A stretch of DNA of 64,000 nt, from positions 132,432,001 to 132,496,000 of the forward strand of contig NC_043000.1 of the NCBI RefSeq assembly GCF_006345805.1, given 5' to 3'. The stretch's first letter is position 1. Every line of letters begins with the position of its first letter. This DNA comes from Octopus sinensis (taxonomy: Eukaryota). The notes under the pieces were generated by a model, which did not search any database, was not told the origin of the DNA, and worked only from the letters and a program-made list of their open reading frames with translations. Of this stretch, positions 26,421 through 40,749 are shown one piece after another. Made by a program: the position numbers and the translations under genes.

Positions 26421-27039
26421 CCACCATCACCATCGTTATATTTTACAACAGTTTAATGCGACTTTCCACTGCACAACCAGGTGCATCACCGTTTCCTGAG
26501 GTGCGTATAGTATCGAATGTAGTGTTATAAAGCATGCAACACACCACCACCAACTCACACAACTCATATTCCGCACAGTTTTTTTTCTCTTTATAATGAA
26601 AAACGCACTTCTTTAGGTTGAGAAAGCTACTTTATTTATATGGAATCTCTGTAGTACCCAAGAGCGTGGTGCACTATGAAATATTTTCCGAAGTTATGCT
26701 GAAGTTTGTTTTCTTGTTTTTACTGCCAACTATAATACCTCTGATCACTTGAAGTTGGTATTGGCAAGTATGCATCTTTTTCAAACAACTTTCTACTGCT
26801 CTCTTAACAACTGTTGCTCTCCAGCTGAACAGCCAGTCTGCAGTAACGTATTGATGCAAAGGCATTGTAGGCTATTGGTAAGAAAGTTATAGGAATGCAG
26901 TTTTGAGAATTAAGATTGTTTTCCATTTCAGTAACCATTCAGGGGAGAATGTTTAACTTTGGTTCAAGACAACATAATTTAGGAGAGAGATATGTCAAGT
27001 TAATCACCTGATGTCATGATTAACACTTATTTTATCGGT

Positions 27040-27380
27040 CTTATCGGTCTCAGAGGGCTGTTAGATGTACGCACATCAATGGCTCGAAGGAAGAGGTAGA
27101 CTTCCGCTTGCTTTCAAGAACATGATCATATTCTTCGTTGAATTGAATCAAATGCCTTATTGAAGTCGATAAACATCAAAATAGTGGGCAGGATGTTTTT
27201 CCTTTACCTCTTCAATTTTATCAGATGAGGAAGGAATTGCACGATTATTGCCAGTTTTTTTTACGGAAACTGTTATATATATATCAGGGAGGTCAATAAG
27301 CACCCTCTTCCGGTTGAAGATCATCCGATTACAGCACTTTGTTGAGATACTGGTCAGGCTGACATGACTACAGTAGTTGT
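27040..27380 (-). mobile_element. LINE reverse-transcriptase fragment (RTE/RTE-X-like)
   Basis: NNYCSHVSLTSISTKCCNRMIFNR...IEEVKEKH, then frameshifted ILMFIDFNKAFDSI (RT motif). Confidence 0.8.
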
Positions 27381-27970
27381 TGTTTAGCCCTAGGCCAGTC
27401 TGATCGGGTAGGCCTATGATCAAAGATAATTCATCCATGGTCATCGTATTTTTTATTCATCAGTGACTTAATATCCAATACATAACTTTTTCTTTAAGAT
27501 GACAGGGTATGAAATGTAGATGTGACTGCTATTTTAGCTTATTGAACAACCACACAGAGGTGCTATCGGTCTTAGCAAGCGATACTGATATGCGAACTGC
27601 AGTCTTCTAGAACAGGGTTATCAATTTTTAAAACTATTGGGTGAGGCTTGAGGGAGAAATAACTGGTATTTCTAGTAAATGGATCAACTGTGCAGAGGTT
27701 ACCTCTCTTACGTGACCAAATTTTCGCTCAGCACCATATACAATGAACTACTAAACATGTCTACAATATCACATTGCATCCCATGCGGTTCAGCTCTGTA
27801 TGTCGGAGTGTGCAAAGGGGTTCTCACTTAGGGAGAAGCCTGTTAATCTGGAACACTATACCTATGGGTCACTCCTAGTCGTTTTCTGCATGAATGCTAG
27901 ACATGCAATGCATTCTTAAGGTATGCCAATGAATTCAAATAACAAATCTAAATTTATTACAAGCCTTTCA

Positions 27971-28198
27971 TTTACTCTTTTACTTGTTTCAGTCATTTGA
28001 CTGCGGCCATGCTGGAGCACCGCCTTTAATCGAGCAAATCGACCCCGGGACTTATTCTTTGTAAGCCTAGTACTTATTCTATCGGTCCCTTTTGCCGAAC
28101 CGCTAAGTTACGGGGACGTAAACACACCAGCATCGGCTGTCAAGCGATGTTGGGGGACAAACACAAAACGTATACACACACACACACGCACACGCGCG

Positions 28199-28269
<71 letters not shown>

Positions 28270-28430
28270 GACGGGCTTCTTTCAGTTTCCGTCTACCAAA
28301 TCCACTCACAAGGCTTTGGTCGGCCCGAGGCTATAGTAGAAGACACCTGCCCAAGATGCCACCAGTTGGACTGAACCCGGAACCATGTGGTTGGTAAGCA
28401 AGCTACTTACCACACAGCCACTCCTGCGCC
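27971..28430 (-). mobile_element. SINE family A with (CA)n(TA)n expansion
   Basis: Full reverse-complement copy. Confidence 0.93.
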
Positions 28431-28770
28431 TATATTTGCATAAATTACGCCTTGAAAGACGGCAAGATGGTAAGTAAATGCATTGCATTACACTACTTCA
28501 ATTATATGGTTTTGACTCTTAAAACCGTTGGCTCTTGAGTAAGTACCAGGAGTTTCTCTTGCCGCACTCCATCGATTCGCAACAATTATAGGTGATTTGG
28601 GGCTATACAACAACAATAACAGCAAGAATAAATACGAATTCTTTATATGATGAGCTTCAGAGTGCAACGATCAGACCATGATATTGTCTCGAATCTTGAA
28701 TTTACTTCATAAACGCCATTAAAAACATCACCGTTTCCTCACGCATCTTTTCCTCTGCTGTTGTTATTGC

Positions 28771-29128
28771 TTTACTCTTTTGTTTCAGTCAGTTGACTGC
28801 GGCCATGCTGGAGTACCGCCTTATTCTTTGTAAGCCTAGTACTTATTCTATCGGTCTCTTTTGCCGAACCACTAAGTTATGGGGCCATAAACACACCAGC
28901 ATCGGTTGTCAAGCGATGTGTGTGTGTGTGGGGGGGACAAACACAGACACACACACATATACATATATACGACGGGCTTCTTTCAGTTTCCATCTACCAA
29001 ATCCACTCACAAGGCTTTGGTTGGCCCGAGGCTATGGTAGAAGACACTTGCCCAAGGTGCCACGCAGTGGGACTGAACCCGGAACTATGTGGTTGGTAAG
29101 CAAGCTACTTACCACACATCCACTCCTG
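28771..29128 (-). mobile_element. SINE family A with internal deletion
   Basis: Reverse-complement copy. Confidence 0.9.
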
Positions 29129-29687
29129 TTATTGTTTAGCGATTACTTTGCCCAAATCAAGTAAACCTAAGATAAAATGCATTCTGGTTGTAACCATCCT
29201 TTTCATATGTGCAAAGAAACAAAGGCCATAGTACCTAACGTGTGCGCTTACAATAGTAAGATTTAAGAGAGATTTGATGGTTATTTCTAGCAGGTTGACT
29301 GACTACTTAGTGTCTCCCTTGTTGTCTTGCTCCTTTTCCTTATAAACGTCAGGTTTTGTGCCCTGTGACAAGAATCCTCCTTCTCCTTGATAACAAAGAT
29401 AACTATCGTTTGGTAAATTGTTTCGCATAAAATATTAAAAAAGAGAAAAAGAACAAAACGAAAAGCAGAATGAGTGTGCCTGAGGAAGAAGGGGAAGAGT
29501 GAGAGAGAGAGAGAGAGAGAGAGTGTGTAAAAAGAAGAAGAAAAAGAAAAAAAGAAACGATTTAAAGTTGATTATCTTTAATTTTATCATAGATCGTAAT
29601 AAGGGCACAGATCCAAGTGGAAAGGAAAAATTCTTTCCAATATATAAACACTAAAACTGATTAGATATTCACAAATATTTGGGTTAA

Positions 29688-29732
29688 ATGATGATGATGA
29701 TGATGATGATGACGACGACGATGAGGATGATG

Positions 29733-29774
<42 letters not shown>

Positions 29775-29865
29775 GTAATATTGATGATGATAATGGTGAT
29801 AACGATAATGAATTATAAAGATAAATAAATACATAAATAAAAATGACATTAAAATGTGCGATTAA

Positions 29866-29924
<59 letters not shown>

Positions 29925-30070
29925 TATGTATGTATGTATGTATGTATGTATACGTATATGTATTTACACATGCATATCAATAAATATGCATGATTATATA
30001 TATATATGTATATGTATATACATACATATATGTAACTGCATATATACACGTACATATGTATGTATGTAGA
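29688..30070. repeat. (GAT)n/(AAT)n and (TG)n/(TATG)n microsatellites
   Basis: Directly visible. Confidence 0.9.
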
Positions 30071-30496
30071 TACGTATGTATGAACGTGTGTTTTGTATAT
30101 TGACACACATGCACATATGCTCATACGCAGAAATGAAGAGGGAGTAGGAGGAGGGGTAGAGAGAGATATAGAAAAATGGAGAGGGAGGGAGGGAGGGTGA
30201 AAGTGAAAAAGAAAATATATACAAATGGCTTTGTTTGTTTTGTTGATCTTTCATGGGGACTCGTTTTAAATCTTGATATTTTATATCAACGTGGCAGTGG
30301 TTTCATATATATATATATATATATAAGCATACATAGAAACAATGTTGTGCATGCATATATGCATATATATATATACATATAAACATAACTTTAAGCGTTT
30401 AAATAAACGCATTCTTAAACACATTGTTACAATTACTCAAGATCAAACACGAATTCAGAGTACCTGTGTGTGTATGTGCACGCGCGCGCGCATGCA

Positions 30497-30551
<55 letters not shown>

Positions 30552-30598
30552 TTGCGAGTATTGTTAACACTAGCCATCTCAAATAAAGCAGTGTATTT

Positions 30599-30641
<43 letters not shown>

Positions 30642-30666
30642 AGATTGAGATAGATAGAGATAGATG

Positions 30667-30708
<42 letters not shown>

Positions 30709-32083
30709 CAGAAAGATAGATAGATTGATAGATATATATCTATATTAAGAAATATTCACATAATCACACACAGACTCTTTTTGCCTTTTTATAGATGTCT
30801 GTCTGTCTGTTTGACTTAGTCTCTCTCTCTCTCTCTCTCTTTTCTTCCCTCCCTCCCCCTCTCTCACTCTTTGTATATGTTTGTATATGCAGGATGGTGG
30901 AAATATGTGCATGTCTACATGTGTACAGATGTGATTTATTTACGCACACATTTATATATGTCTATACGCACATGTATATATACACACACACACACATATA
31001 TATATACACCGCTACCCCACTCGCACACAGAGGAAAGAGTGTGTGTGTGTGTGTGTGTGTGTGTGAGTGTGTGTGTGTGTTTGTGTGTATGTGTATTCCA
31101 TACATAAACACTGGATTGTTGTCAGTGAATGGAAAGTATGCAAATATAATTTTGGCATGATAACTGAAAAGAAAAGGAAAGTAAAAACAAAAAAACAAAA
31201 AAAAAACAAAAAAAAAAACAAAAAGAACAAATAAGATAAATAAGAGAAGAGAAGAGAAAGAAAATGGAAGAAAGACGAAAAGAAAGAAAAAAACAGTAAG
31301 ATGGAAAAAATGAAAGAAGTAAGGAAGGAAGGAAGGAAGGAAGAAATGAACGACAGACGGATGTAGAATGATGAACGGAATGCATTGACAGTTTTAATTG
31401 ATTTTACCGGCGGTTGGTCAACCCTTCACCTATTCCCTCTCCCTGCCACCCAATTTTCTTTCTCGATCGCAGCACCCTTCGTCTCCCTCACCTCCATCTC
31501 CTGCCGTTACTCCTCTTTTGGTTTGCGCTGCACTTTTTTTTCCTTTTTGCTCTCTCTGTTGTTGTTAGTCTTTCTCTCCCCTCCACCTCTCTCTCTCTCT
31601 CTCTCTCTCAGCAGTTAGTTCAGTTCTTCTTTCTCTTCAGCACGCTGTTAACTCCAAAGCCTCGTTGTTCCCCTTTGTGACGAATGGCAAAGCTTAGGGT
31701 GTAGGCAGTCGCATTGGCATATGGCATCAACGACTACGGAATTACAGATGGAAATGGTGCGGTGGAGGGTTCGGGAGAGAAAGAAAACAACAACAACAAA
31801 AATGTGCGCGTTTGCAGGAGAGAGAAAGAAAGAAGGAGACATAGAGACATAGAGACAGAGAGAGAGAGAGGAGGAAGAGTACGTTATATGACAGCAGTGG
31901 CGCAGGTGGAGCGTTGAGTTGAAAATAAAAAGGAAGGCATGTATCAGAGGGGCAAAGACTTGTAGTGTGATGGCGGAGAGACATGCTGCGAGAAAGAAAA
32001 GAAGAGACAAGGAAAGAAGATGAGATAAAGGATGTGATGATAAAGATGGTGACTGAAAGATGTGACATAGGAAGAGAGGGAGG

Positions 32084-32118
<35 letters not shown>

Positions 32119-32307
32119 CGATTACTGTGGTTTGTTTGTTTTTGCTGTTGTTGTTTTTGTTGTTGATGCTGTCGATATGTCGGTGAGTTGTGTGACAGCA
32201 TTCCACACATAGCCGCACTGGGAACGCTTACGAATTTGCGCCTTTTTGCATAAGGTTAAGGGATTGAGAGATAGAGCGGGAGAAAGTATACGTGAGAGCG
32301 TTGAGAG

Positions 32308-32346
<39 letters not shown>

Positions 32347-32909
32347 AAGAAAGGAAGGAAGGAAGAAAAAAAGAAAGAGAGAAAGAGAAAAGGGAATGAG
32401 AGTGTGAGTTGGTGAGATGGAGTGAGAAAAAGGAGAGAAAGAAGACAGAACAGTAGAAACAAAAAAAAAAGAGTATAAAGAGGAAAGAAAAAAGTGAAGG
32501 TGTATGTATGCATGTTTGTGTATACACGTGTGCGTGTATGTATGCGTGTGCGTGTGTTTGTATTTATGTGTGTGTGTGTGTTTTATAAATCTGCAACAGC
32601 GGGAGATATGTTGAGAAAGGTGTAGATTCATTGTTTACACAAATGATGTGGCTTTAGTGGATGCAGTGGATGCTGACAAGCGATATAATCTGTGTGTGTT
32701 TCCCTCCTATTGCATGACGAGAGCCCTATTCGGAGATTTACAAAAACACACACATATACACCATACACATACACACAAATACTCACAGAATCGCACGCGT
32801 GTGCGCGCACACACGTACGCACGGAGAAAAAAAAAACACACGCACGCACGCAGGCATATTTCTGATTGTGTACACATTCAACCAATTTTCTGATCAGAGA
32901 TCAATAATA

Positions 32910-33124
32910 TAAATACACACACACACATGTATATATACGCATACATACATGTACATATATGTATATAAATACAAACACACACACACACATATATATACAC
33001 ACACACATGTATATATACGCACACATATATGTATATAAATACAAACACACACACACACATATATATACACACACACATGTATATATACGCACACATATAT
33101 GTACATATATGTATATAAATACAA

Positions 33125-33157
<33 letters not shown>

Positions 33158-33240
33158 CACACACACATATATATATATATATACATACACACATGTATAT
33201 ATACGCATACATACATGTACATATATGTATATACATACAA

Positions 33241-33271
<31 letters not shown>

Positions 33272-33290
33272 CACACACACACACTTCACT
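32910..33290. repeat. Higher-order minisatellite built from CA/TA microsatellite (~60-80 bp unit, ~4 copies)
   Basis: Recurrent CATGTATATATACGCA...GTATATAAATACAAACACAC. Confidence 0.8.
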
Positions 33291-33567
33291 AGTTATGTGT
33301 GTGTGTGTCAAAGGGAGATAAAGGCATGGATAGATAGATAGATAGATAGATAGATGGATCGATATATGAGATGTGTATATATATGCTTATATATATATAT
33401 GTGTGTGTGCGTGAGAGTGTATGTGTGTACAGAGAAAGAGGGAGAGACGAAGCTAGTTAGAGGGGTGGGGTGTGGGTGATGGAAGAGTGCATGAACGAAG
33501 TTGTGATGATGGAAATGAATTTCAGTGTAATTACACGTTCACACCTATGAACATAATGAATGCTTTT

Positions 33568-33626
<59 letters not shown>

Positions 33627-33634
33627 CATTATTA

Positions 33635-33691
<57 letters not shown>
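33568..33691. repeat. (ATT)n microsatellite
   Basis: Directly visible. Confidence 0.97.
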
Positions 33692-36600
33692 GCTTTGTTT
33701 ATATGTTTTTATATCTATATTTTTATGTATACGCAAACATACATGCACACATATACACTCATCCTTGCACCAGCAAATCTGTATGTGTTTGTGTTTTGAC
33801 TTTTAATACAGATACTTATAAAGGGATGCATTCATGTTGAATGAGTAAAGATGAGCACCTTTATTTATACACACACACAGAGGCGCATTCAAAGACTTCA
33901 AGCCACTCACCTATCTGCCTCTTCTCTTTCTGCTATTATTGATCTCTTTGAAAGATCATTCATTGGATATGTTCAATAGCGTTCTATGACAAGATTGACG
34001 GAAGTTCTTAAAGGGCAACACTCGAAACTCAAAGTTGAACATATGTAAGTAACATGTAAATATTGAACGTTCGTTCATCGAATCATTGCGATAATGTAGA
34101 TTCTTGTAATTTCTCTGATCCAACTTTGCTCATTGGCCCTTTAAGACCTCGCACTTTGAATAAATTCCACAAATATTGATATTGGTTTTATAGCAACATG
34201 ATAAATGAATAAATATAAACATATTAGCACAGATAAATGGGTAAATAAATGGCCAGATAAAAAATTATATAAATAACGCAAGATCAGATTTCGGGACTAC
34301 TACCATCGTTATCATGTAAATAAAGTTCAATAAGATACCTGCATGGTTTTGGATATGTTTGCTTACTTGTTTGTGTGTGTTTGTCTGTGTGTGTTTATAT
34401 GTGTTTGTGTGAGGGAGAGAGACAGAAAACAAGGAATAGGTCTCGGCATGGGGTGAACCGTTGTACAGTAACCTCAAGATACAACTGGTAATAAGTGTCA
34501 GAACTTGAATTTAACAGAAAAGCTGGCAGAGAATATTAAAAAATCAAGTCAGATTCTGTGCGGTGGAAATATATTCTAATATCGTCTTGAGAGCTGTATG
34601 AGAACTTGAATCAAGCAAGGCCACCAAAAAAAAAAAAAAAACATTTGTGTGTAAGCTTCTTATATCCGTACCCTGTGACCACGTATGATTTATACCTGTG
34701 TATTCTCAGTAGCTAACAGGTTAAAGTGGACTACATTCAATAAAATAAACATGAGTAATATACCTAGTTAATAGATAATTTAAACCTTAAATGGCGTCTT
34801 GGTCGTGATATACTACCGACATTTTGGTAGTTTTGATTCATCGGGATTGATCAGAATCATACAGCTTAGCCATGAGCCATACAAAGTACAGAAAACCTAA
34901 TTCAGATATAGTTAAGAGATAAAACAAATTAAAACCAAAGCGAAGATGTAATTTCCGGTCATGTCAGCATAACATTGAGGAACGTTTCATTTCATATACA
35001 AAGTAAGAAATAATTTTGTCTGTTCTTTGGATCAGAAATCAAAGAATTACCAAAATGGCAAATATAAAAGGGAAAATATACAAGAGCAGACAAAATAAAA
35101 GTAAGTTTACGACTTAAATAGATTAGTTTGACTGTGGTTCACTTTGATAACTACTTTGTTGTTTCTGATTTAGCTTTATCAATAATTCCCCATGTAGACT
35201 GAACTATCATCTCCCATTCAAATGTGAGACGAATGCTACCATTTATTTGACATGATTTACAAAGGGTAAAAAGCTGTCGGAGATTCATAGCAACACCTTA
35301 GTCAGCATTACTGTTAAGATGACGTGTTTTTGACAGATAATATCAGGGCAAGAACAGAATAGAAAGCTAAAGAAGGGGCGGAAGGAGTTGTCTTCTTTCC
35401 TAGACTCCAACTCAGAGATTAGAAAGTTGGTTATTTTTTTCTCTCGTTTGAGTGATACAAAAAAAAAAAATGATATAATTGTAAAAAGAAAATACAACTA
35501 AGTTATTTATCTTTTTAAGTATTGATTTTTTTTATATAGTCACAAAGCTCCATGTTTATAAGGAATAGGAATAAAATTTAACACCGTAAAACAGAAGGGA
35601 AACTTCTAGAGACACAACATGGCGACTAACCGTTACTCTTTAGTTAGATTGTTAATCCTTTTGATGATAATCTGAACGTCGCACACTCTGAATATTTATA
35701 CCTTTCAAATAAACAAAGGAACCATTTATAGTTCCTTTGTTTATTTGTCCATTTGAACCATTTATAGTTCCTTTGTCAACGTGTTAGACACAGTAGCTCC
35801 ATTTCCTCAAATACTACACAGTTTTAAAAATAGAAGGGCACACTGAACAATGTTGTCGTGGATATACAAAAACGCCGAAATCACTTTGATAATAGGCCCA
35901 TTTTGCAGTAGCAGAAACAACAACAAAAATTCGCGCCTCTCAGAAATCAATATTATGATTGCATTTTAACATGCTGAATGCTACCTTCAAAAACAACAAA
36001 ACGGTGTTAAGTTAACTGTTAATACTTAATACAGAAGCAATATTGGCAAAAGTGGAAATGCTTTCCTAGACTGAAAACCGGAGTTAACGGAACTAAATTG
36101 TTACCTAACAAACAGGGAACGACACTATGTGTGATTGTAGGACAGAGCCACGAATTACTTTAAAATTTGTGGAGATTCTACTCTGATGTCTTAAGCATAC
36201 ATTTTCGCCGAGTTTGCAATGTGCAGTGAAGAAGCAGGGATTTTTTTCTTTTTTGGCTGAACAAAATTTAGAACAATAATAAATCTCTGAACGAAAGACT
36301 GAAAAATGTTTTGAATTATTTATCTAATGTTTACCTTTAACAAATGTGAACGTTATTTCGTAGGCACGAGATGTTTCAAAGTTGAGCTTTCAGCCTTTTC
36401 AGTTTTCTATTTTGGCGGTTTTTATTTCTCATGCATCTATAGCGTCTTTAGGAAAGGTATATAACAATTCTTTTTAGTCAAAGGAGCTAATTACTTATAC
36501 AGATCCATTCTGTACAAAAAATTAAGTAACAGCACTATCCAAACGCACTATACATTGCAACGTTCACTGTTTTAAAGCAAGGTTTTGAACTTACGAATCA

Positions 36601-38005
36601 TGGTCGGAAACCATAGTTTTATGCCCTTACTCAATGTATCCCTTATCAAACTTTCTGTTTAGAGGGTGTTAAATTCATCGATATCTACATAATGTCAAAA
36701 AAATCAATAGTGTTATTTCAAATTTTATTTTGATTAGATTTTCTTTGATACATCAGCCTGATAGCGTGTAGCTTCGAGTTCGTATCCTACCAGACCTATG
36801 TCTGTAGCATGTATAGCTTTCACCAAGCCAGGGATCTATTGCCCAACTCCCAACATTATGAAATGTAATATTTTGTGTTCAATTGGATCAAGATCATAAA
36901 TTATTGAGAAGAATATAATCGATTATATCGATTCCAGTAAATGATTGGCATGGATCCCCGAGGTGACGAAAAAGGAAGTTGTGCTCGGCAGCGTTTGAAC
37001 ACATGATGATGATGATAATAATAACACGGTCATCAGCGTGAGAATTATGATGATTACGCTGCTAATAACGATAAGATTTTTTTTTACCTAAAAAAAAAAT
37101 AATAACAAACTTATGAGGAAGAGAAAATTGGAACGAAGCGACGTTAAAGTTTTACTATGGCTTTTCAAGGAATATTCTAAGAGATCATAAATTTAATCAC
37201 AAACAAACACACACACACACACACACACATTGCACAGTGTCCGTTTGCCAATTCCGGTTACAAGACATCGATAAATCATAGATTATAGTATTAAATACTT
37301 ACCCAAGTAGTCACACAGTGAGATTGAACCCAGAATATATATATATATACGTTTAATCACATTCAGTCTAATGAGTATATAAATAAACGATCTTGTTCTA
37401 ATAGAAAGGAGGAGGGGGTGGTATAGTAACGCTGTAATTCCGATCTCTATAAACTTCAAAGAAGTCACTTCTCTTCGCTGTGGTGTACAAAACGAATTGA
37501 TAAACCTATAAATCCAAATAACTATGTCTTAATTGCCACACTCAGCCAGCTTTTATCCTCCTCTTTAAAACCATATTTAACATGATATATGTTCGTTGTG
37601 GAAAAGATTGATTTCTCCAGTCGTGCTTATAAATGGCTGCTCCCACTGTAATTACCTTGCACAGAAAAAATGTCTGTCTGGAAATCTTGGTCAAAAGGGA
37701 ACCGTATAAAGCATTTTCAGAATATACTTTGGCGACAGGTTGACACCCCTCAATGCATTATATACATTAACCCACGAATAAGTAACCAAGTAGTAACGGA
37801 AATTATTCATATTCTTCATACTATATATATATATTATATATATATATATAATATATATATAGCTAGATAGATATAGATATATATATGTATGTATGATATA
37901 TTGATAGAAATGACAAGAGAACAAAAGAATGAAAGAGACCTCGATATTGTGTAAATAGAGGAATTTATCTGTAAATATAATATGTGACAATTATTCGGTA
38001 GCCAT

Positions 38006-38066
38006 GATAAAACTCCGAGTTTCGAATGTCGGGGCGGAAACCCACGCCGGCATCTCTTCAGTTATC
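38006..38066 (-). ncRNA. Type I hammerhead ribozyme motif (Penelope-like context)
   Basis: Minus strand reads GATAA-CTGAAGA-GATGCCGGCGTGG-GTTT-CCGCCCCGACATTC-GAA-ACTC-G-GAGT-T-TTATC. All core residues are present, with stem I 5 bp, stem II 11 pairs, stem III ACUC/GAGU and a GUU cleavage triplet. Confidence 0.75.
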
Positions 38067-38237
38067 GGGTCATTGAAAAAACAAAAGGAAATTACTGTGC
38101 TCACCCACACATTCGCCAAAAAATATATGCATACCCGCATACACACACGCGCGCACACAAAAGGCTCATACACACGTCTATATACGCACATGCACAAGAA
38201 AAAAACAGGGCTGAAGGCAAAATGCAGGAATATGTCT

Positions 38238-38332
38238 CTACCAAATGCACTCAAAAGGCTTTGGTCGGCCCGAGACTAGAAGAAAACTTCTGCTCAAGGT
38301 ACCACGCAATGAGACTAAACTCATAACCATAT
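38238..38332 (-). mobile_element. SINE family A fragment
   Basis: CTACCAAATGCACTCAAAAGGCTTTGGTCGGCCCGAG. Confidence 0.8.
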
Positions 38333-40337
38333 TCCTGCATCAAAATTGAACATGTATAAATGCACAATTTCCACTGGTTTCACTAGTAAATATTACTTCA
38401 ATATATTACTTAGACGTTATCCAGACAGCACCATCTTGCCTACGCTTGTTGGTACTCAAACTAGTTAATTAACATTGCCCCGTCTCGCTGGTTAGTGGCT
38501 CATTTGACTTCACCGCAGACTTGGTCAGCGAAACTTGTAAGGTGGTAGAAAACTTGTGACAAGTCGCAGCTATGATGCATGTTCGATTAATGATTGAACA
38601 ATTAACTTTAGATAATTTCGATGTTTAATTAATTAATGATCAGGAACTATTAGGTTCTGCTTAACCTGAAACCGGAGCATCGGATGGTCAAGCTGATTTG
38701 ATACGAGATAACTTAAGAAATCAGTGGTTCGTATCTTACCAACAGCATGCAATGTTCCTGTGATGTACACTTAAGCTAAACAGCCAGTCAATCAGCTTAT
38801 GAATATGTATCACAGAATCTCTTAAATTAGCACACATTGCTAAGTCCATTCGTTAAGTGAGTATAGTTTGAAGAAGGATTAACTTCTCCATGGCATCTAG
38901 CCTTACAAACACAAAAATTGAATTAATCAAAGGTGCCCCTATTGACTCTGTGAGTTTTAAGCGGTACCATATTATCCACACTAATAATCTATTCTGTAAA
39001 AAATAGAGATAGTATCTATACACAACAATCAACGATGTTTTATATTATAAATATTTGCATATCAGGAAAAATAGGGCGTTATGTTGATAAGTCCTAATCC
39101 CTTCTTCAAAATATTCTGTGTCGGCCATTAATAGAATTTAGCTCTTCTTACTCTGCTAGCGTAAGTAGATAACGGGTTGCTATTACAAAGTACCCAACCT
39201 ATTACGTTGGTAATAGATTGGGTACTTATACACACTTGAGAAACTACTCGGTCATAGAAAACACATTCAATTTAGCTGTCTGAACATAATTGAGCCAAAC
39301 AGATAAATGTTTATGAATCGAGTACGTCGATGGCTGTTACATTTTGATATTTCGAGTGGCTTTCAACGTCAGTTGGGTGCAGAAAATGACATACAATGGT
39401 TCTATAGAGAATTTGCCTAGCATTGGCATTATCTGAGATACTCAGAGTTGCTCATATTCAAATTAAATACAAGCATGAGTCGTGGGCATTTTTCCAAATG
39501 CATTGCCAAGACTCTGATCTTGAACAGTGCTGCTGCAACTGCTGGTGAACTCGGATACTGATGATAGCACCGGATACGTGGCGCACCTCTGGCATCATGT
39601 CCGGCAGAAGTGCAAATTGTAGCCGACAAAAGTGAAATTTAAAAAAAAAAAAAACTAAACGCATGTTTTTGTTGTCTGGTCAGCCCTGATCGATCAGAGT
39701 CTGAGAGTAACCATCCCATTTTATTTCAGATATAGTGTACATGGAACTATCTTATAGAATAATATACTTTCGTTTTATTTCCAGACTGTTAGTTTATGCT
39801 TCGTTTATGTGATTTTGGTTATCTATAGTAATTGTTCTTTCAATCCGCTGAGTTTTAGGACTTTATTGTATAATGGTGCTTGCCTTATCAAATAATTTTT
39901 TGTTGGATGACATTGCGGAAAGTTACTAGGTTAAGTTACTAGCGAGGCTCATTATTTATCTTATGGATGATTTATGGTAAAATAAGCTCCAGACATGGTG
40001 GACCTAGCCTATTCGAACTTCTGAATATTTTCTTGCTTCAATCAAACGTGCAGTCGAGACGGATCGAACACACACACACACTCATTCATTAAAATATAAT
40101 AGATAAATGTTATTACTTTTTCACGGCTCTTTCATGTTTTAATAAACCATTCATTAGAAGCTGTGATTCGAATGGGAAAATAATATTTTCATTATTACTG
40201 TCTATAATACCTATTCTTGAAATTTAACTTGTTTCATTCATTGAAATTCCGCCATATTGGGGCTCCTTATTCAGGGGTATTTGTCAATAATATCGATCTT
40301 AGTACTTATTGCAGCTTAGTATTATTATATTTCATCA

Positions 40338-40510
40338 AAGGCAGCGAGCTGGCACAATCGTTAGTACGCTGGACAAAATATTTGGCGGCATTTCGTCCGT
40401 CTTCATGTTCTGAGTACAAATGGCGCCGAGGTCGACGTTGCCTTTTATCTTTTCAGAGTCGACTTAACCCTTTTCTGAAATTGCTGGCCTTGCGCTAAAA
40501 ATTGAAACTA
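40338..40510 (+). mobile_element. SINE family B, degenerate
   Basis: AAGGCAGCGAGCTGGCACAATCGTTAG head. Confidence 0.8.
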
Positions 40511-40749
40511 CTATCTCATTTCATCTGTTTATCGAACGATACGTTACAGGAACACAGCCTCAACAACAACTAATTTTAAACCAATGTAAGCAAAAACAGA
40601 TATGGACAAACACACACACACACATATGCATATACATACGTATGAATATACCTACGTATATACGTACGTATGTACATATATATATACACGCATGTACGTA
40701 TGTATACATACGTATTTACTATGTATGTGTGTGTGTGTGAACGTATATA

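Noticed and set aside
39429-39664. GC-richer segment with several open frames on the minus strand
   Set aside because: No recognisable domain and no convincing splice pair; the vague hAT C-terminal resemblance is too weak.
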